This document shows, one piece after another, positions 40,450-53,860 of a stretch of 64,000 nt of DNA. Source of the stretch: the human T2T-CHM13v2.0 reference genome, Homo sapiens; the NCBI RefSeq assembly GCF_009914755.1, contig NC_060938.1. One strand, 5' to 3'. The position numbers were made by a program, and so were the translations under genes. The notes below the pieces were generated by a model. The model was not told where the DNA came from and made no database searches. It saw only the letters and a program-made list of their open reading frames with translations. Within the stretch, counting starts at the first letter, position 1, and each line of letters opens with the position of its first letter.

Positions 40450-42149
40450 AGAAATTGAGAAAGGTTGGCTTTTATTTCCTTGCTGTGTTTCAGAAAAGTA
40501 TGACATGTATTCATTAATATGAGTATCATAATAATAACCATGATCGTGAGACCACCTTTGTAAATGATTTACCATTGACAAATATTTTATCTATGTGCTT
40601 GCCCCTGTTGTAACCAGCAGGTGGGTACAGTATTGACCACAAAGCCCAATGTCTTCTCTGATAGTTCAATTTTACCTCATGTAAATTCCTAAGCAGTTGG
40701 TCTGTCTCATGACGTTTTGGTAAAAGGGCACTTTTGCTCCTCTCTCACAATGTTAATTTGCTCACAGAAACATTTTTTTTTGTGTGTGTGCATTATGTAA
40801 TTTCTCTACTATTGATTCTGAGGGCACTTATTACCTAATTAATGTTATTATTTCTGTGTCAGTGTGTCCAGTGGCTAAAATATTGTTGGTGCTTAACAAA
40901 TATGTGTTGAATTCAGTTTAAACAAATAGTAGCATTATCTTTCATGGTAAGATTTTGGATATTTCAACAAGAGCTTTTCTGTTACTTTCTCTTTAGGGTA
41001 AACTGACTCCATAGGTAAATTTTATAAGTCTTTAAGCAAGATACTTAATTGTCTAAGTCAGCTGAGAAAATAGTATCTAAAATGAATTATTTTGCGCATT
41101 CAAAGACTCTATAAATAAGAAGAAACATGATATACTTTTTTTCTTCAGATAACCACATGATGTGAACAAGGGGCCTCTCATAAAGTATTCCAACGGAGCA
41201 AAATTCTAATACTTTGAAATAGTCTTCACCTGGTGAAACATTATTGCAAGACAGGCGTCCTTCTGAGAATAATAAAGTACTGTTTTCAAGTGTGTTAATA
41301 AGGTCAGCTGGTACTTATAATATGCTAAGACAGATTATTATTTAACATCACTTGCTAACTCAAAGAACTTCCTTGTCATTCAAATATAAACATTTAATTA
41401 CATCATATTTACATTTTAACTATTATCATTCCTCAAAGAACATTTTTAAAAATAATTACCATTCTAAATTGCTTGATTTATCCTGAGAGTTGTCAGTGAT
41501 GGTGATGCTGAGGGATTATGAGTACTCACACAGGTATTATGAGGTGTGTGTTTAGTTTGTACACACACAAACTAAAGTTTGTGAAAATATGAAACTAAGA
41601 AATCATGTTGATAACAGTGATTAGGTGTGGGTTTCCATAGTATTACATTATGGTTACCCTCCAGTTGGTGTATTATCTATCCAGATTCACAGAGATTTTA
41701 ACAAAGGTGAAAAATGCTTTCCTCTAAAGTATAAATCTGTCCTTAGGAACTAAGATGAATTTCGGTGTGCCCAAGGACGGCTCAGCAAGTGCAATATGTG
41801 TACACTGTGAGGCTGGGATGCTATGTTTTACTGAAGTGTGTCTTTTACACTGAGAACTATTTCTAATTTGAGGGAAAAACAAGTATATCCTCTAAATAAC
41901 TTGTATAATGCCAAATAAACTATGAAGATAGGCATTTAGAAAATGTATTCTAAGGCATGATGCTAGATGCTTATATAACAGCTATCTGAAATTTGCTTTA
42001 CTGCAGTCCTTGAGCTTTGAGAGACCTTGGTCCCATGGGGCTAATGACTTCATCTGTGTGCTAACTACTATCCTAATTCAGTTTGTTTATTATCATAGAC
42101 TCAGATGATTATATTTCACTAAAGACTACAGTATTTAAAAAAGTATTAT

Positions 42150-45100
42150 TTCAGAGATTGAAAACTTTTTCTCTAAGATCAGGGACAGCCCACTTTTGAC
42201 ACTTCTATTCAACATAGTACTGGAAGTCCTAGACAGAACACTAGGTGAAATTAAAAAAAAAATACAAATAGGAAAGGAAGAAGTAAAATTATCTCTGTTA
42301 GAAGAAGACATGATCTTCTTATATGTAGAAAACTCTAAAGATTTCACCAAAAAGTTAGAATGAATTCAGCAAAACTGTAAGATAAGAAATCAATAGAAAT
42401 AAATCATGTTTCTGTACACTAACTGTGGACAATTTTGACGATAAAATTAGAAGACAAATCCATTTAAATCGTGTTAAAAATAATATAATACTTAAGAATA
42501 CACTAAACCGAAGAGTCAAATATTTGTACCATGAAAACCAGAAAACATTACTGAAAGGAATTAAAGAAGATGAATAAATGGAATCATGCACATGGATTGG
42601 AAGCTTTAATATTGTTAAATTGTTTTAATATTGTTAAATTGTTGATATTATCCGATGAAAACTTTTTCAATACACCAACTTTTTTTGCAGAAATAGAAAA
42701 ATTCATCCTGAAATTTGCAAGAATCTCAAGGAATCTCAAGTAGCTAAAATTATCTTAAAAAAGAACAAAGTTTTCCCAACACCACTTATTAAACAGGGAA
42801 TCCTTTTTCCACTGCTTGTTTTTGTCAGGTTTGTCAAAGATCAGATGGTTGTAGATGTGTGGTGTTATTCCTGAGGCCTCTGTTCTGCTCCATTGGTCTA
42901 TACATCTGTTTTGTTACCAGTATCATGCTGTTTTGGTTACTATAGACTTGTAGTATACTTTGAAGTCAGGTAGAGTGATGCCTCCAGCTATGTTCTTTTT
43001 CTTTAGGATTGTCTTGGCTATATGGGCTCTTTTTTGGTTCTATATGAAATTTAAAGTAGCTGTTTCCAATTCTGTGAAGAAAGTCAATGGTAGCTTGATG
43101 AGGATAGCATTGAATCTATAAATTACTTTGGGTAGTATGGTCATTTTCACAATATTGATTCTTCCTATCTATGAGCATGGAATGTTTTTCCATTTGTTTG
43201 TGTCCTCTCTTATTTCCTTGAGCAGTTGTCAGTAGTTCTCCTTGAAGAGGTCCTTCACATCCCTTTTAAGTTGTATTCCTAAGTATTTTATTCTCTTTGT
43301 AGCAATTGTGAATAGGAATTCACTCATGATTTGGCTTTTCATGACTAAAACACCAAAAGCAATGGCAACAAAAGCCAAAATTGATCAATGGGATCTAATT
43401 AAACTAAAGAGATTCTGCATAGCAAAATAAACTATCATCAGAGTGAACAGGCAACTTATAGAATGGGAGAAAATTTTTGCAATCTATCCATCTGACAAAG
43501 GGCTAATATCCAGAATCCACAAGGAACTTAAACAAATTTACAAGAAAAAAAACCAAACAACCCCATCAAAAAGTGGGCAAAGCGTATGAACAGACACTTC
43601 TCAAAAGAAGACATTTATGTGGCCGAGAAACATATGCAAAAAAGCTCATCATCGCTTATCATTAGAGAAATGCAAATCAAAACCACAATGAGGTACCATC
43701 TCACACCAGTTAGAATGGCAATCATTAAATAGTCAGAAACAGCAGATGCTGGAGAGGATGTGGAGAAATAGGAATGCTTGTACACTGTTGGTGGGAGTGT
43801 AAATCAATTCAACCATTGTGGAAGACAGTGTGGTGATTCCTCCAGGATCTAGAACCAGAAGTACCATTTGACACAGCAATCCCATTACTGGGTATATACC
43901 CAAAGGATTATAAATCATTCTACTATAAAGACACATGCACACGCATGTTTATTGCAGCACTATTCACAGGAGCAGAGACTTGGAACCAACCAAAATGCCC
44001 ATCAGTGACAGACTGGATAAAGTAAATGTGGCACATATACACCCTGGAATACTAAGCAGCCATAAAAATGGTTGAGTTCATGTTCTTTGCAGGGACATGC
44101 ATGAAGCTGGAAACCATCATTCTCAGCAAACTGACACAGGAACAGAAAACCAGACACCACATGTTCTCAATCACAAGTGGGAGTTGAACAATGAGAACAC
44201 ATGGACACAGGGAGGGGAACAATCACACACTGGGGCCTGTTGGGGTGTGGGGGGCTAGGGGAGGAATAGCATTAGGAGAAATACCTAATGTAGATGATGT
44301 GTGCAGCAAACCACCATGGCACATGTATACCTATGTAACAAACCTGCACATTCTGCACATGTATCCCAGAACTTAAAGCATAATTAAAAAAAAAAAGGAC
44401 ATAGTTGAAGGTCTCACACTTCATGATTTCAGAACTTACAACAAAGCTACAGTAATAGAAACAGTATGATACTAGTATAAGGACAAAGGGATAGACCAAT
44501 GGACTAGAATAGAGATCTCAGAAATAAATTCTCACATATATGATCAAATGATTTTCGACAAAAGTTCAATGGAGAAAGAGTCTTTTCAAAAAATGGTATT
44601 GGTGAAGCAGGATAAGAAGGTGTACATTTTACCATACACAGAAATTAACTCAAAATGGATCAAAGAACTAAATGTGAGCTAAAATTATAAAATTCTTAGA
44701 ACACAAGTGAGAAAAAGCTTATGACATTGGATTTGGCGATTATTTTTTGGAAAGGACCCAAAAAGCATAGCCACCAAAAGAAAAAAAATGAATAAATAGG
44801 ACTGTATGAAAATTAAAAACTTTTGGGCATCTGGAGACACAATCAACAAAGTGAAAGGCAATCCAAGAAATGGAAGAAAATATTTACAAATCATATATCT
44901 GATAAAGGCTTCATATCCGGAATATATAAAGAACTCTTACAACTCAACAATAGCAACAAAAACTTGATAAACAATTGACAAAACAGCTTAACCATACATT
45001 TCTCCAAAGATATACAAATGGTCAATAAGCACATGGAAAGGTTTTCAACATCACTAATCACCGGATAAATGCAAACCCAAACCACAGTGCGACAACCACC

Positions 45101-45855
45101 TCACATCCATTGGCGTGATTACCATCAAACAACAAAGCAATATAAAACAAAACAAAAAACAACAGAAAATAACAAGTGTTGAAGAGGTTGTGAAAATGTT
45201 GGAACACATAAACTGTTGTTAGGATTGTAAAATGGCACAGTCACTATGGAAACCACAAAAGACGTTCCTCAACAAAGTAATTATGGTCTAGCAATTTCAC
45301 TTCTGGGTATGTGCCCAAAAGAATATATCTTGAGGAGATATTTTTACATCCATATTCATGGTAGCATTATTCACTATGGACAAAAGGTGGAAGCACCCCA
45401 AATGTTCATTGACAGATGAATGGGTAAACAAATGTGACATATACATACAGTGCAATATTATTCAGACTTAAATAGAAAGGTTTGCTGTGTGTTACAACAT
45501 GGATGAAATTTTAAAACATTATATTAAGTGAAATAAGATATTCACAAAAAGACAAATACTGTATTATTCCACTTATATGATGTTCTTAGAGTAGTCAAAT
45601 TCACTGAGAAAGTAGAATGGTGTTTGCCAGGTACTTGGTGAAAGGGGAATGAAGAGTCATTCTATAATGGATACAGAGTTTTAGCTATGCAAGAAAACAG
45701 CTGGATGTTTTCTTGGAGATGGATGATGGTGATGGTTGATGGTTGCACAACAAGCAAATGTACTTAATACCACTAAACTATAGACTTAAAAATAACTAAG
45801 ATGGTAAATTTTGTACTGTGTGTATTTTACCACAATTTAAAATTTGTTAAAAATA
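42150..45855 (+). mobile_element. L1MB ORF2 3' part and 3'UTR, interrupted by an L1PA
   Basis: ctctaagatcaggg, gaagacatgatcttcttatatgtagaaaac; 3' end gatggtaaattttg...gtattttaccacaatttaa. Confidence 0.9.
42773..44390. mobile_element. L1PA (about L1PA7-8) with 5' inversion: 42773-43337 minus, 43338-44390 plus
   Basis: TSD aaaaaag(a/g)aca(a/t)agtt at 42757-42772 and 44391-44406; host L1MB resumes in register. Confidence 0.95.
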
Positions 45856-45869
45856 AATATTTTTCAGGC

Positions 45870-46515
45870 TAGTAAATTTGTAATTAAAAAAACCCTGAAA
45901 TTGCAATTTCTTTGTTAGAAGTAATGTGCAATTGTAATTTTGATGAATATGACCAAGATGTTTTAAATGTGTTATATGTCATGCCTGTTTATGCATAGGG
46001 CAAAAATGTACTAGAATGTTTCTTAACCTACATCTTTACCAATAAATTATATTGTATAAGTTGTATGATACTTTCCAGTATAATAAATGAAATATAATAG
46101 CTCATCAGTTTTTAATATGCATATCTCTTACTACAAATGACACTTTGTAAATTTTGTCATTTTCATTTACCTTTTTCTGCACTAATTTTATGCATTAATA
46201 TCTTGAATGCTGGTTAAGTAATTTTCCTTTTATTGTCTATTCATAAACCTCTGTATATTAATATTTTGAAAGGTTTTTTCTATTTTCATTTGAATTATGT
46301 TGTTTTCTTTTTAGCCGAATATTTCTTTTTATTTTATTTAAATAAATTCATCAATGTCTGGAGACTGTTTTGGGTTTTGCATCCCAGATATCCCAGCTAC
46401 TCCCAAATACAATTTTCTTTTAATTCTCAGTTTTTATGTGCTAGAATTTTATATCATTACTTAGGTGAAAAGCTTCGCTGTTTGGGAACTGGTTTGATTA
46501 AAGGAGTACACACCT

Positions 46516-46563
<48 letters not shown>

Positions 46564-46627
46564 ATCTATCTATCGTCTATCATCTGTCTATCTATTGTCT
46601 ATCTATCATCTATCATCTATCTATCTG

Positions 46628-46666
<39 letters not shown>

Positions 46667-47830
46667 CTATGTAATCTATAATCTATCTGTTGGCCTATTT
46701 TCTTATACTATTGATTAAATAGTCCATATTTTCCTTAAAAAATGCAACGCTTTTTTTATATATTGAATTTTTCCATTTATTTGGGTCTACTTGTGATTTT
46801 TTTCACAGATATTTCTAAGCAAGTGTCATACAAATCTACTATGTGTGTGTAATATGAAGCAATGATCAGGGTTTACTTTTTCCTCCAAACATATCCAGTT
46901 GTTTTAACACTAGACTTTTTATTTATTATAGTATCTCTGCTTTAGCATAATTTAGAACATTTACACTATGATCTGTAATCATAATTCTTATATTTGCTTT
47001 AGTTTTATAATTAAAGTAGTATCAATGATTGCTGCTAATCTTTTACTATCATTTTGATCTATATTTTTGTTTTCTAATGTTTGTCTTTCAATAATTTTGA
47101 CTTTATTTCTGGATAAGAGGTTGGCTGGATATAAATTTTTCGAGGCACAATTTCAAAGCCTGAGGACTTTATAATGATAGTTTTACAATCTCACATTATG
47201 AATGCTGCCAACCTAATGTTCTGCTTAAATAGATGACTTGGCCATTTTTTTGCCAAGTCTGGTGAAGTCCAGAATTGGTCTAAGAGTATTTAGAGTATTT
47301 TGTCTCAGAGTAAAATACTCTGTCAGCTTTCAATCAGTAGATTCCAATTTCTTTAATAACTAGAAGTTTTTCTTGAGAAATATTTTGAATTTGTGTGTTA
47401 CTGTTTATTTTCTCATTCCCTTCTTCAGGAAAGATTATTTTTCAATAGTTCTTAATTTGTTTTTCAGAAATGTTTTCCATTTGTTTTATAATATTCTCTC
47501 GGTTATTGTTTTAATAGTTTGTTTTACTTAATTTTCTTTTTTCATATGTCCGTTGTGTTGCTTCCAATGTGGCTTTATTTCTGTTTTCTTTTCTACGTCC
47601 TTCCTGATTCAGCTAGCTCACGTTATGTTTTTGTATGTTTCTTAAGCCCATATCTTCATTAATTCTACCCTCGTTGTTTTAAAATTTTTGGTGGTTTCGT
47701 TGATCACCTTGTTTATGGTGACATGCTTGTATATGCTTTCTATTTGCTCAGCGATGGTGTTTTCTTCTGATTAGTGTCCTGTGTCTGTTTTTTCTTTTTC
47801 CTAATTCTTTGCTCAGTTTATCTTATATCA
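45870..47830 (-). mobile_element. Ancient L1M fragments
   Basis: T-rich antisense L1 text (catatccagttgttttaacac, ttggctggatataaatttt). Confidence 0.55.
46517..46690. repeat. Compound (TCTA/TATC)n microsatellite
   Basis: Two pure runs with an interrupted middle. Confidence 0.97.
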
Positions 47831-49467
47831 TCTTTGAATGAAGAGAATTTTTATTAATACAGCTGCCAAAAATTCATGCTAGTTCACACTGCACACCACT
47901 ACACTACTTTCCCTATGATAAAGAAGAAAAAATTGTGTATGTGTGTGTATGTGTGTGTAGGAAAGGAGTCATTTTAATCCTTTTTTTTTTTGCCACCTAA
48001 ATAATCAGATTTGTAGGGCTGTTTACAGTTCAGCCTATCAACTCGGTATGGCCTTACTGATGTGCTGCATCCTAGAAAAATGTAGCCTTGTGTTTACTCA
48101 TTCAGCACCACCTTCCCTATTACTCAGTCATGCTCAACAGGGTCCAGGGAAGCAACCACCTCCAGCCATACACACTGTGATTGTTTTGACCCTCAGGATG
48201 TATTGCTTACTTTGGGGGATTGTGCTCTGCCATCTGTAGCTGAAATCAGCTGCAATCATACTTTCTTGGCATCTTCCCACACTCATTTGATTTTCTCTGT
48301 ATTTGGCAGCTTATAAATATATTGGTTTGAGACAACAGATGTAGTTTCCTCAAAGGTGGGTTTTTATCTGTTTTTTTGTTTGTTCGTTTGTTTGTTTTTT
48401 CGTCTTCTTTGATGACTATTTCTGAGAAGAGAATGTGGCAAAACCCAATAATTCTGCCATTGAAAGAGAATCACCATTCTTATTAAAGAGCTATTTTCAA
48501 TATTATTTTAAAATATAATTATTCCTCTACTCAACATTTTAGAAAACAATGTAAGATCCCAAATTATGCCTACCTCGTACTCCGCAGCAATTATTCTGCT
48601 TATAATCTGTTTGAATCCAAATTTTCTTAATCATTCCTTGGTGTTACTGAATCCTACCATCATAGATTTTTATGTGCTCCAGAAGCATGATAAAGTACAA
48701 CAAACAAGATTGTTGTTCAAGTCATAACTAGAGAACTTTTGTATATTTTTCAGTTTCTGAGAAGTAAAAGTTTAAAATTACCTGCTTTTAATCAGATTGA
48801 AACACAGATTTTTCTACCACAAATTATTATTACACATAAGTCTTGTTCATCCTTCATATATGTAAAATAATTAACAAATCAACTATACAGTGCTGGTCTC
48901 AGTCTATGAAAGTAAAATTTTAGTGCCACATGAAGAGAATCCTAATGATCAACTGAGCATTGACTATATCTTATGGCTTAACAGAGGGAGAAATTTGATA
49001 TAGAACAGTTCTCATCACTTTGACCAGTAAGCATTGCACATTCATTTAATGTGCCACATAAATGATAATATTCAGCACTTGTGAGATTCCAAACTGGCAA
49101 CAGACGCCACCAATTTCTGCCTGAATGGTCACATCTGACCCTTCTAAGCATGAGCGGGTCATATTTCCTTGGTTCATTAAATATACAGCCACCACATTTA
49201 TCCATTTCAGAGTCATTTATACATTTACTAATAACCCATTCAAAATATACCAATTCTACTAATCACTGGGAGCATCATAGATGTCACACGTTCCAACCCC
49301 CTATCCATTGCAAGAATAATTAATTCAGTGTGTTGATTTCAGCTTTTATTTGAAACCAGGAAGGGATGGTTAATTTAGTTACCCCCAAGAAAATTCCTTT
49401 TGTTTTTTGGACCAATGTATATATTCAACTCCTTATTAAGTTAAGCCTAAAACACCTTTCCCAGACT

Positions 49468-49477
49468 AATAGATAGG

Positions 49478-49522
<45 letters not shown>

Positions 49523-49525
49523 GGA
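49468..49525. repeat. (GATA)n microsatellite
   Basis: About 13 units, one GGTA variant. Confidence 0.97.
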
Positions 49526-49833
49526 TGTACAGATACATCCATCCATAATGGAAATCCTCAGTTTCTTCAGCTGTGCTCTACATTGCACAAGTATTCTGAC
49601 CGCCACCCTTCCTGATTACCTATTTTTGTTGCACTTTTTAAATTCTTAAAATATGGCTACCAAAATATACCATAATGGCCCCAAGGCATTCTAAGTATAA
49701 TGAATAGCAAATATCTCCTTTGTCAAAATGCTATGCTATGATTATATTAAATTGTCTAATCATATTGAGTTGAATAAAAATTTAATTTGTTGCATCAATT
49801 CTTTAAATGTCCTGCTGTTGCCATCTTGAAGTT

Positions 49834-50235
49834 CTTTTTTTTATTTTCTTCTTAACTTCTATTTTAGATTCAGTGGTACATGTGCAGGTTTGTCATATAG
49901 GTAAATAGTATGTCACAATGATTTGGTGTACAGATTATTTCATTACCTAGTTAATAAACATAGTACCTGATAGGTAGTTTTTCAGTCCTCTACCCCCTCT
50001 CACCCTCCATCCTTGTATAGGCCCTGGTGTCTATTGTCCCTTCTTTGTGTCCATGTGTACTCAATGTTTAGCTCCAAATTCTAAGTGCAAACATGCAATA
50101 TGTAGTTTTCTGTTGCTGCATTAGTTCACCTAGAATCATGGCCTTCAGCTCCATCCATCTTGCTGCAAAGGACATGATCTTATTCCTTTTTATGGCTGCA
50201 TAGTATTCCATAGTATATATGTAATACATTTTTTT
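49834..50235 (-). mobile_element. L1PA15/16-type 3' end
   Basis: ggtacatgtgcaggtttg...catagtacctgataggtag...gctgcaaaggacatgatc. Confidence 0.9.
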
Positions 50236-50481
50236 AAATTTGAAGATGAAGCATTCGTATTGATGGATTGCACAAGTATTATTTCAAATGCTCTCAGATA
50301 ACATGGACTTAAGCAGCCTCATCATCCTGGTTGTCCTAAGGCAATATTTATTTATAACTTTTATTGTTTGCTCTAGCATCTAGTGAGCATTTTGATAAGC
50401 AAAGTATAAAAGAGGACCCATTCATTCTCCTTCCTTGTACATTACAGTCATATTAATTCAATTTACACTTCAATAGTATTT

Positions 50482-50710
50482 TGAGAGGGAAAATAGCATG
50501 GTGTTTCAAGCATGTCAGCTTGGAATGAAGTTACCTGGACTCATAACCAGACTCAACCACTTGCCAGCTATATGCCTGGTTTTGTCATCCATTAATGCAT
50601 GTGATACGAACTTTGTGGGTTTTTTTAGATTACCATGAGATAATATGCACAAAGAACATCAATAATGCCTGGCACACAAAGTAAGACCTCAGCTAATATT
50701 AATTATTATA
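50482..50710 (+). mobile_element. MIR
   Basis: atagcatggtg...ccagactcaaccacttgccagct...atgcctggcacacaaagtaag. Confidence 0.75.
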
Positions 50711-51624
50711 ATCATTGCTCCTTTGAAAACCTCTAGTTTTCATCATCAACTAAATTTTCCAGCATCAAAAATCACATTCAACGTTTAAAAATACTGTTAC
50801 TGTCCCATTATCACCTTACTCTTGGTTAATTCTACCTACTCAATGAATCTCATTGCCAAATTAAATCAAAGACTTATCTTTCATATGACCCCTTGATATC
50901 AAAAGAATCTATTCAGACCCAGAGATTATCTTGGAATAATAGATGCTAAAATTTACTTTCTTTGACTAAAGTAGCATAAAAAATAGTAGCAGCAATAATA
51001 AAATGGTTTAATGAGTGTTTCCTATGTGCCAGTCATCAAACAAAAACTTATACAAACACAAAAACATATATCAAACATACCACACACACACACATACTCA
51101 CACTCACATTATCTTCTTCGTTTTCCCATCAATAACTTAGAAATAATATTTATGGCAGTGATAGTAATACCAGCAGCTACTACACTCCTTTAGCCACAGA
51201 GACATTAGCGAGATAAAGAGACAATATCTGAATGTGTCCTTTCCAGGCTCTGCCACATTAGCCAGCAGGCTTTGCATTCATGATTGGGACTGTTTCATAG
51301 GCAATTTCTTCCCCATTGAAAACATATCCATAAGGCCATTCCAAACATCAGAACACTTTCCCTTTAGCAAACGCATCACAGCTCTGAATATTTTGATATA
51401 ATTTTAATACTAACAAAGTAATTTCATAAACATTAGCTCATTTTAGCCTCACAAAAACTCTACAGCAAAGAACTTTTAAAAAGCTTTACAACCCTTGTAT
51501 CAAAGCTTGCAAAATCACCTGTCAGGTGTTGGAATTAAGCATTGAGTTGATATCCATATGATCTCTAGTCTCTTTCATCCTCCCACCCAAAGATGCTTTC
51601 TGAGAGCCTTGCCTGGAAGGTAGC

Positions 51625-51810
51625 TGGCCTAAATAGGGTCTACCACTCACTCTGGCTCTACCACTGACATTGTGTGTGTACTTGGGAAAGTCCAATGACC
51701 CCCTCAGTATCTGCTTCCTGTCTGGAGATGGCTCAAATCCCCCTCTCATAGAACAGTGTTAAAGGAGATAGTGTGAATAAAAGTACAGTGCAAACTTACA
51801 AGTGTTTAAC
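51625..51810 (+). mobile_element. MIR
   Basis: ctggctctaccactgac...cttgggaaagtcc...cctcagtatctg. Confidence 0.65.
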
Positions 51811-52041
51811 AGAGGTTCATCGCAAAATATGGCATATGAATGTCATATTTTACAAAAAATTCAAACTGATTTCCATACCGTCATAATGACAGCTATTATA
51901 TGATTGTTGCTGTCAACAGTTTAAGTCACCATTTTGAAGTGTGTGCCTAATAAAAATGCAAACAATTTGTAGTCACTTATAAATATTTAAGTGTGAGAAA
52001 TGACATTATTTTACAGTTTGGGAAATCTTTTCCAGCATCTC

Positions 52042-52422
52042 TGTATTAGTCTGTTTTTACACTGCCATAGACACATACCTAAATCTGGGTACTTATAAAG
52101 GAAAGAGGTTTACTTGATTCACAGTTCTGCATAGCTGGGAAGGCCTCAGGAAACTTACAATCCTGCAAAGGGGGTAGCAGGCACCGTCTTACATGGAGGC
52201 AGGTGAGAGAGAAAGATGTCAAGAAGGAACTGTCAAACACTTATAAAACTATCAGATTTCATGAGAACTCACTCACTATCTCGAGAACAGCATGAGGGAA
52301 ACTGCCCAAGATTCAATCACCTCCCTCCCTCAACATGAGGGGATTACATGTCCCTCCTTGGACCCACTGGGATTACAATTTGAGATGAGATTTCAGTGGG
52401 AACACAGAGACAAACCATGTTA
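52042..52422 (-). mobile_element. MaLR solo LTR (MSTA/THE1-like)
   Basis: tgtattagtctg...caaaccatgtta; 5-bp TSD atctc on both sides. Confidence 0.93.
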
Positions 52423-52576
52423 ATCTCTTCACTCATCTTAATTTCTTCTTCACACAATAGCATCGATTTTGCCTCTTTAGAAATAAATATTTGATAAATA
52501 TGCAAAAGTACATCATTGGGGTAGGTAATTAGTGCTATTCTGTGTTTCTTGATGTTCTACCCAAGCTTAATAAGGC

Positions 52577-53450
52577 TTTTTTTTTAACTTTTATGTTAGA
52601 TTCAGGGGTACATGTGCAGGTTTATTGTACAGGTAATTTGCATGTCACCAGGGTTTGCTATACAGATTACTTTGCCACCCAGGTAATCAGCATAGTACCC
52701 AATGGGTAGTTTTTTGCTTGTCACCCTCCTCTCACTCTCCACCTTCAAGTAGGCCCTGGTGTCTGTTGTTCTCTTCTTTGTTTCCATATGTATTCAATAT
52801 TCAGCTCCCTCTTATAAATAAAAACATGTGGTATTTGTTTTTCTTTTCCTGCATTATTTCGCTTAGGATAATGAGCTCCAGCTCCATCCACGTTGCTGCA
52901 AAGAACATGATCTTGTTCTTTTTATGACTGTGTACTATTTCATGGGGTATATGAACCACGTTTTCTTTATCCAATCTCCATTGATGGGCATTTAGGTTAA
53001 TTGTATGTCTTTGCTATTGTAAATACTACTGCGATGAACATATGCATGCATGTTTCTTTATGGTAGAACAATTTGTATTCCTTTGAGTATATATCCAGTA
53101 ATGGCATTGCTGGTCGAATGCTAATTCTGCTTTGAGTTCTTTGAGAAATCACCAAACTGCATTCCACAGTGACTGAACTAATTTACATTCCCACTAGCAG
53201 TGTATAAGTGTTCCTTTTATCTGCAGCCTTACCTGCAAATCTGTTATTCTTTTACTTTTTAGATGATATCTCATTGTGGTTTTGATTTGCATTTCTTTAA
53301 TGACCAGTGCTGTTCAGCATTTTTTCATATGCTTGTTGGTTTCATGTACATCTTCTTTCGAAAAGTGTCTGTTCACGTCCTTTGCCCACCTTTTTATGGG
53401 TTGTTTGCTTTTGCTTGTTGATTGGTTTAAGTTTCTTAAAGATTCTGATA
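52577..53450 (-). mobile_element. L1PA16/L1PB-type 3' end
   Basis: 3'UTR antisense plus ORF2 C-terminal region; small deletion near 53262. Confidence 0.9.
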
Positions 53451-53629
53451 TCTTCCTCCTATCGTATTTGTATGATGTTTATTTGGAATCTGTGTTTGCC
53501 TCAGGCTTCTAACTCTTAACATTTATCTTTTGAAGGGTTATAATTGTGCCTGTAAAGACCACTTGATCATATAGTACACCATATTAGTATCTCATTAGTT
53601 CTGACTACTCCAAATTGTGATAAGCATGG

Positions 53630-53860
53630 AGAAAGTACAGGGATAGTCTCAAAAGCCTGGGCCTGAATATAAAAGCTGTTGACTCTTCCTTTGACTAGCT
53701 GTAACCTGTGGCAAGTTACCCAATCTGGACATCAAAAGTTTCCATGTTAGTAAAATGAGGATGTGAATACCTTATACTTCCTTTTGTTGTTAGGAGCATT
53801 AGATGAGATAGTACAAGGTGCCTGGCATAAAGTAAGTTTCTCATAAATGCTAGTAATAAA
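53630..53860 (+). mobile_element. MIR
   Basis: actagctgtaacctgtggcaagttac...gtaaaatgaggatg...gtgcctggcataaagtaag. Confidence 0.8.

Noticed and set aside
40975-41280. Plus-strand acceptor-like sites at ~40997 and ~41148 (also ~63170 and ag|gtatgt at ~63520)
   Set aside because: Weak or absent partner donors and no coherent reading frame.
46233-46718. 161-aa ORF with YLSI repeats
   Set aside because: Frame held open by the (TCTA)n microsatellite and T-rich L1 sequence.
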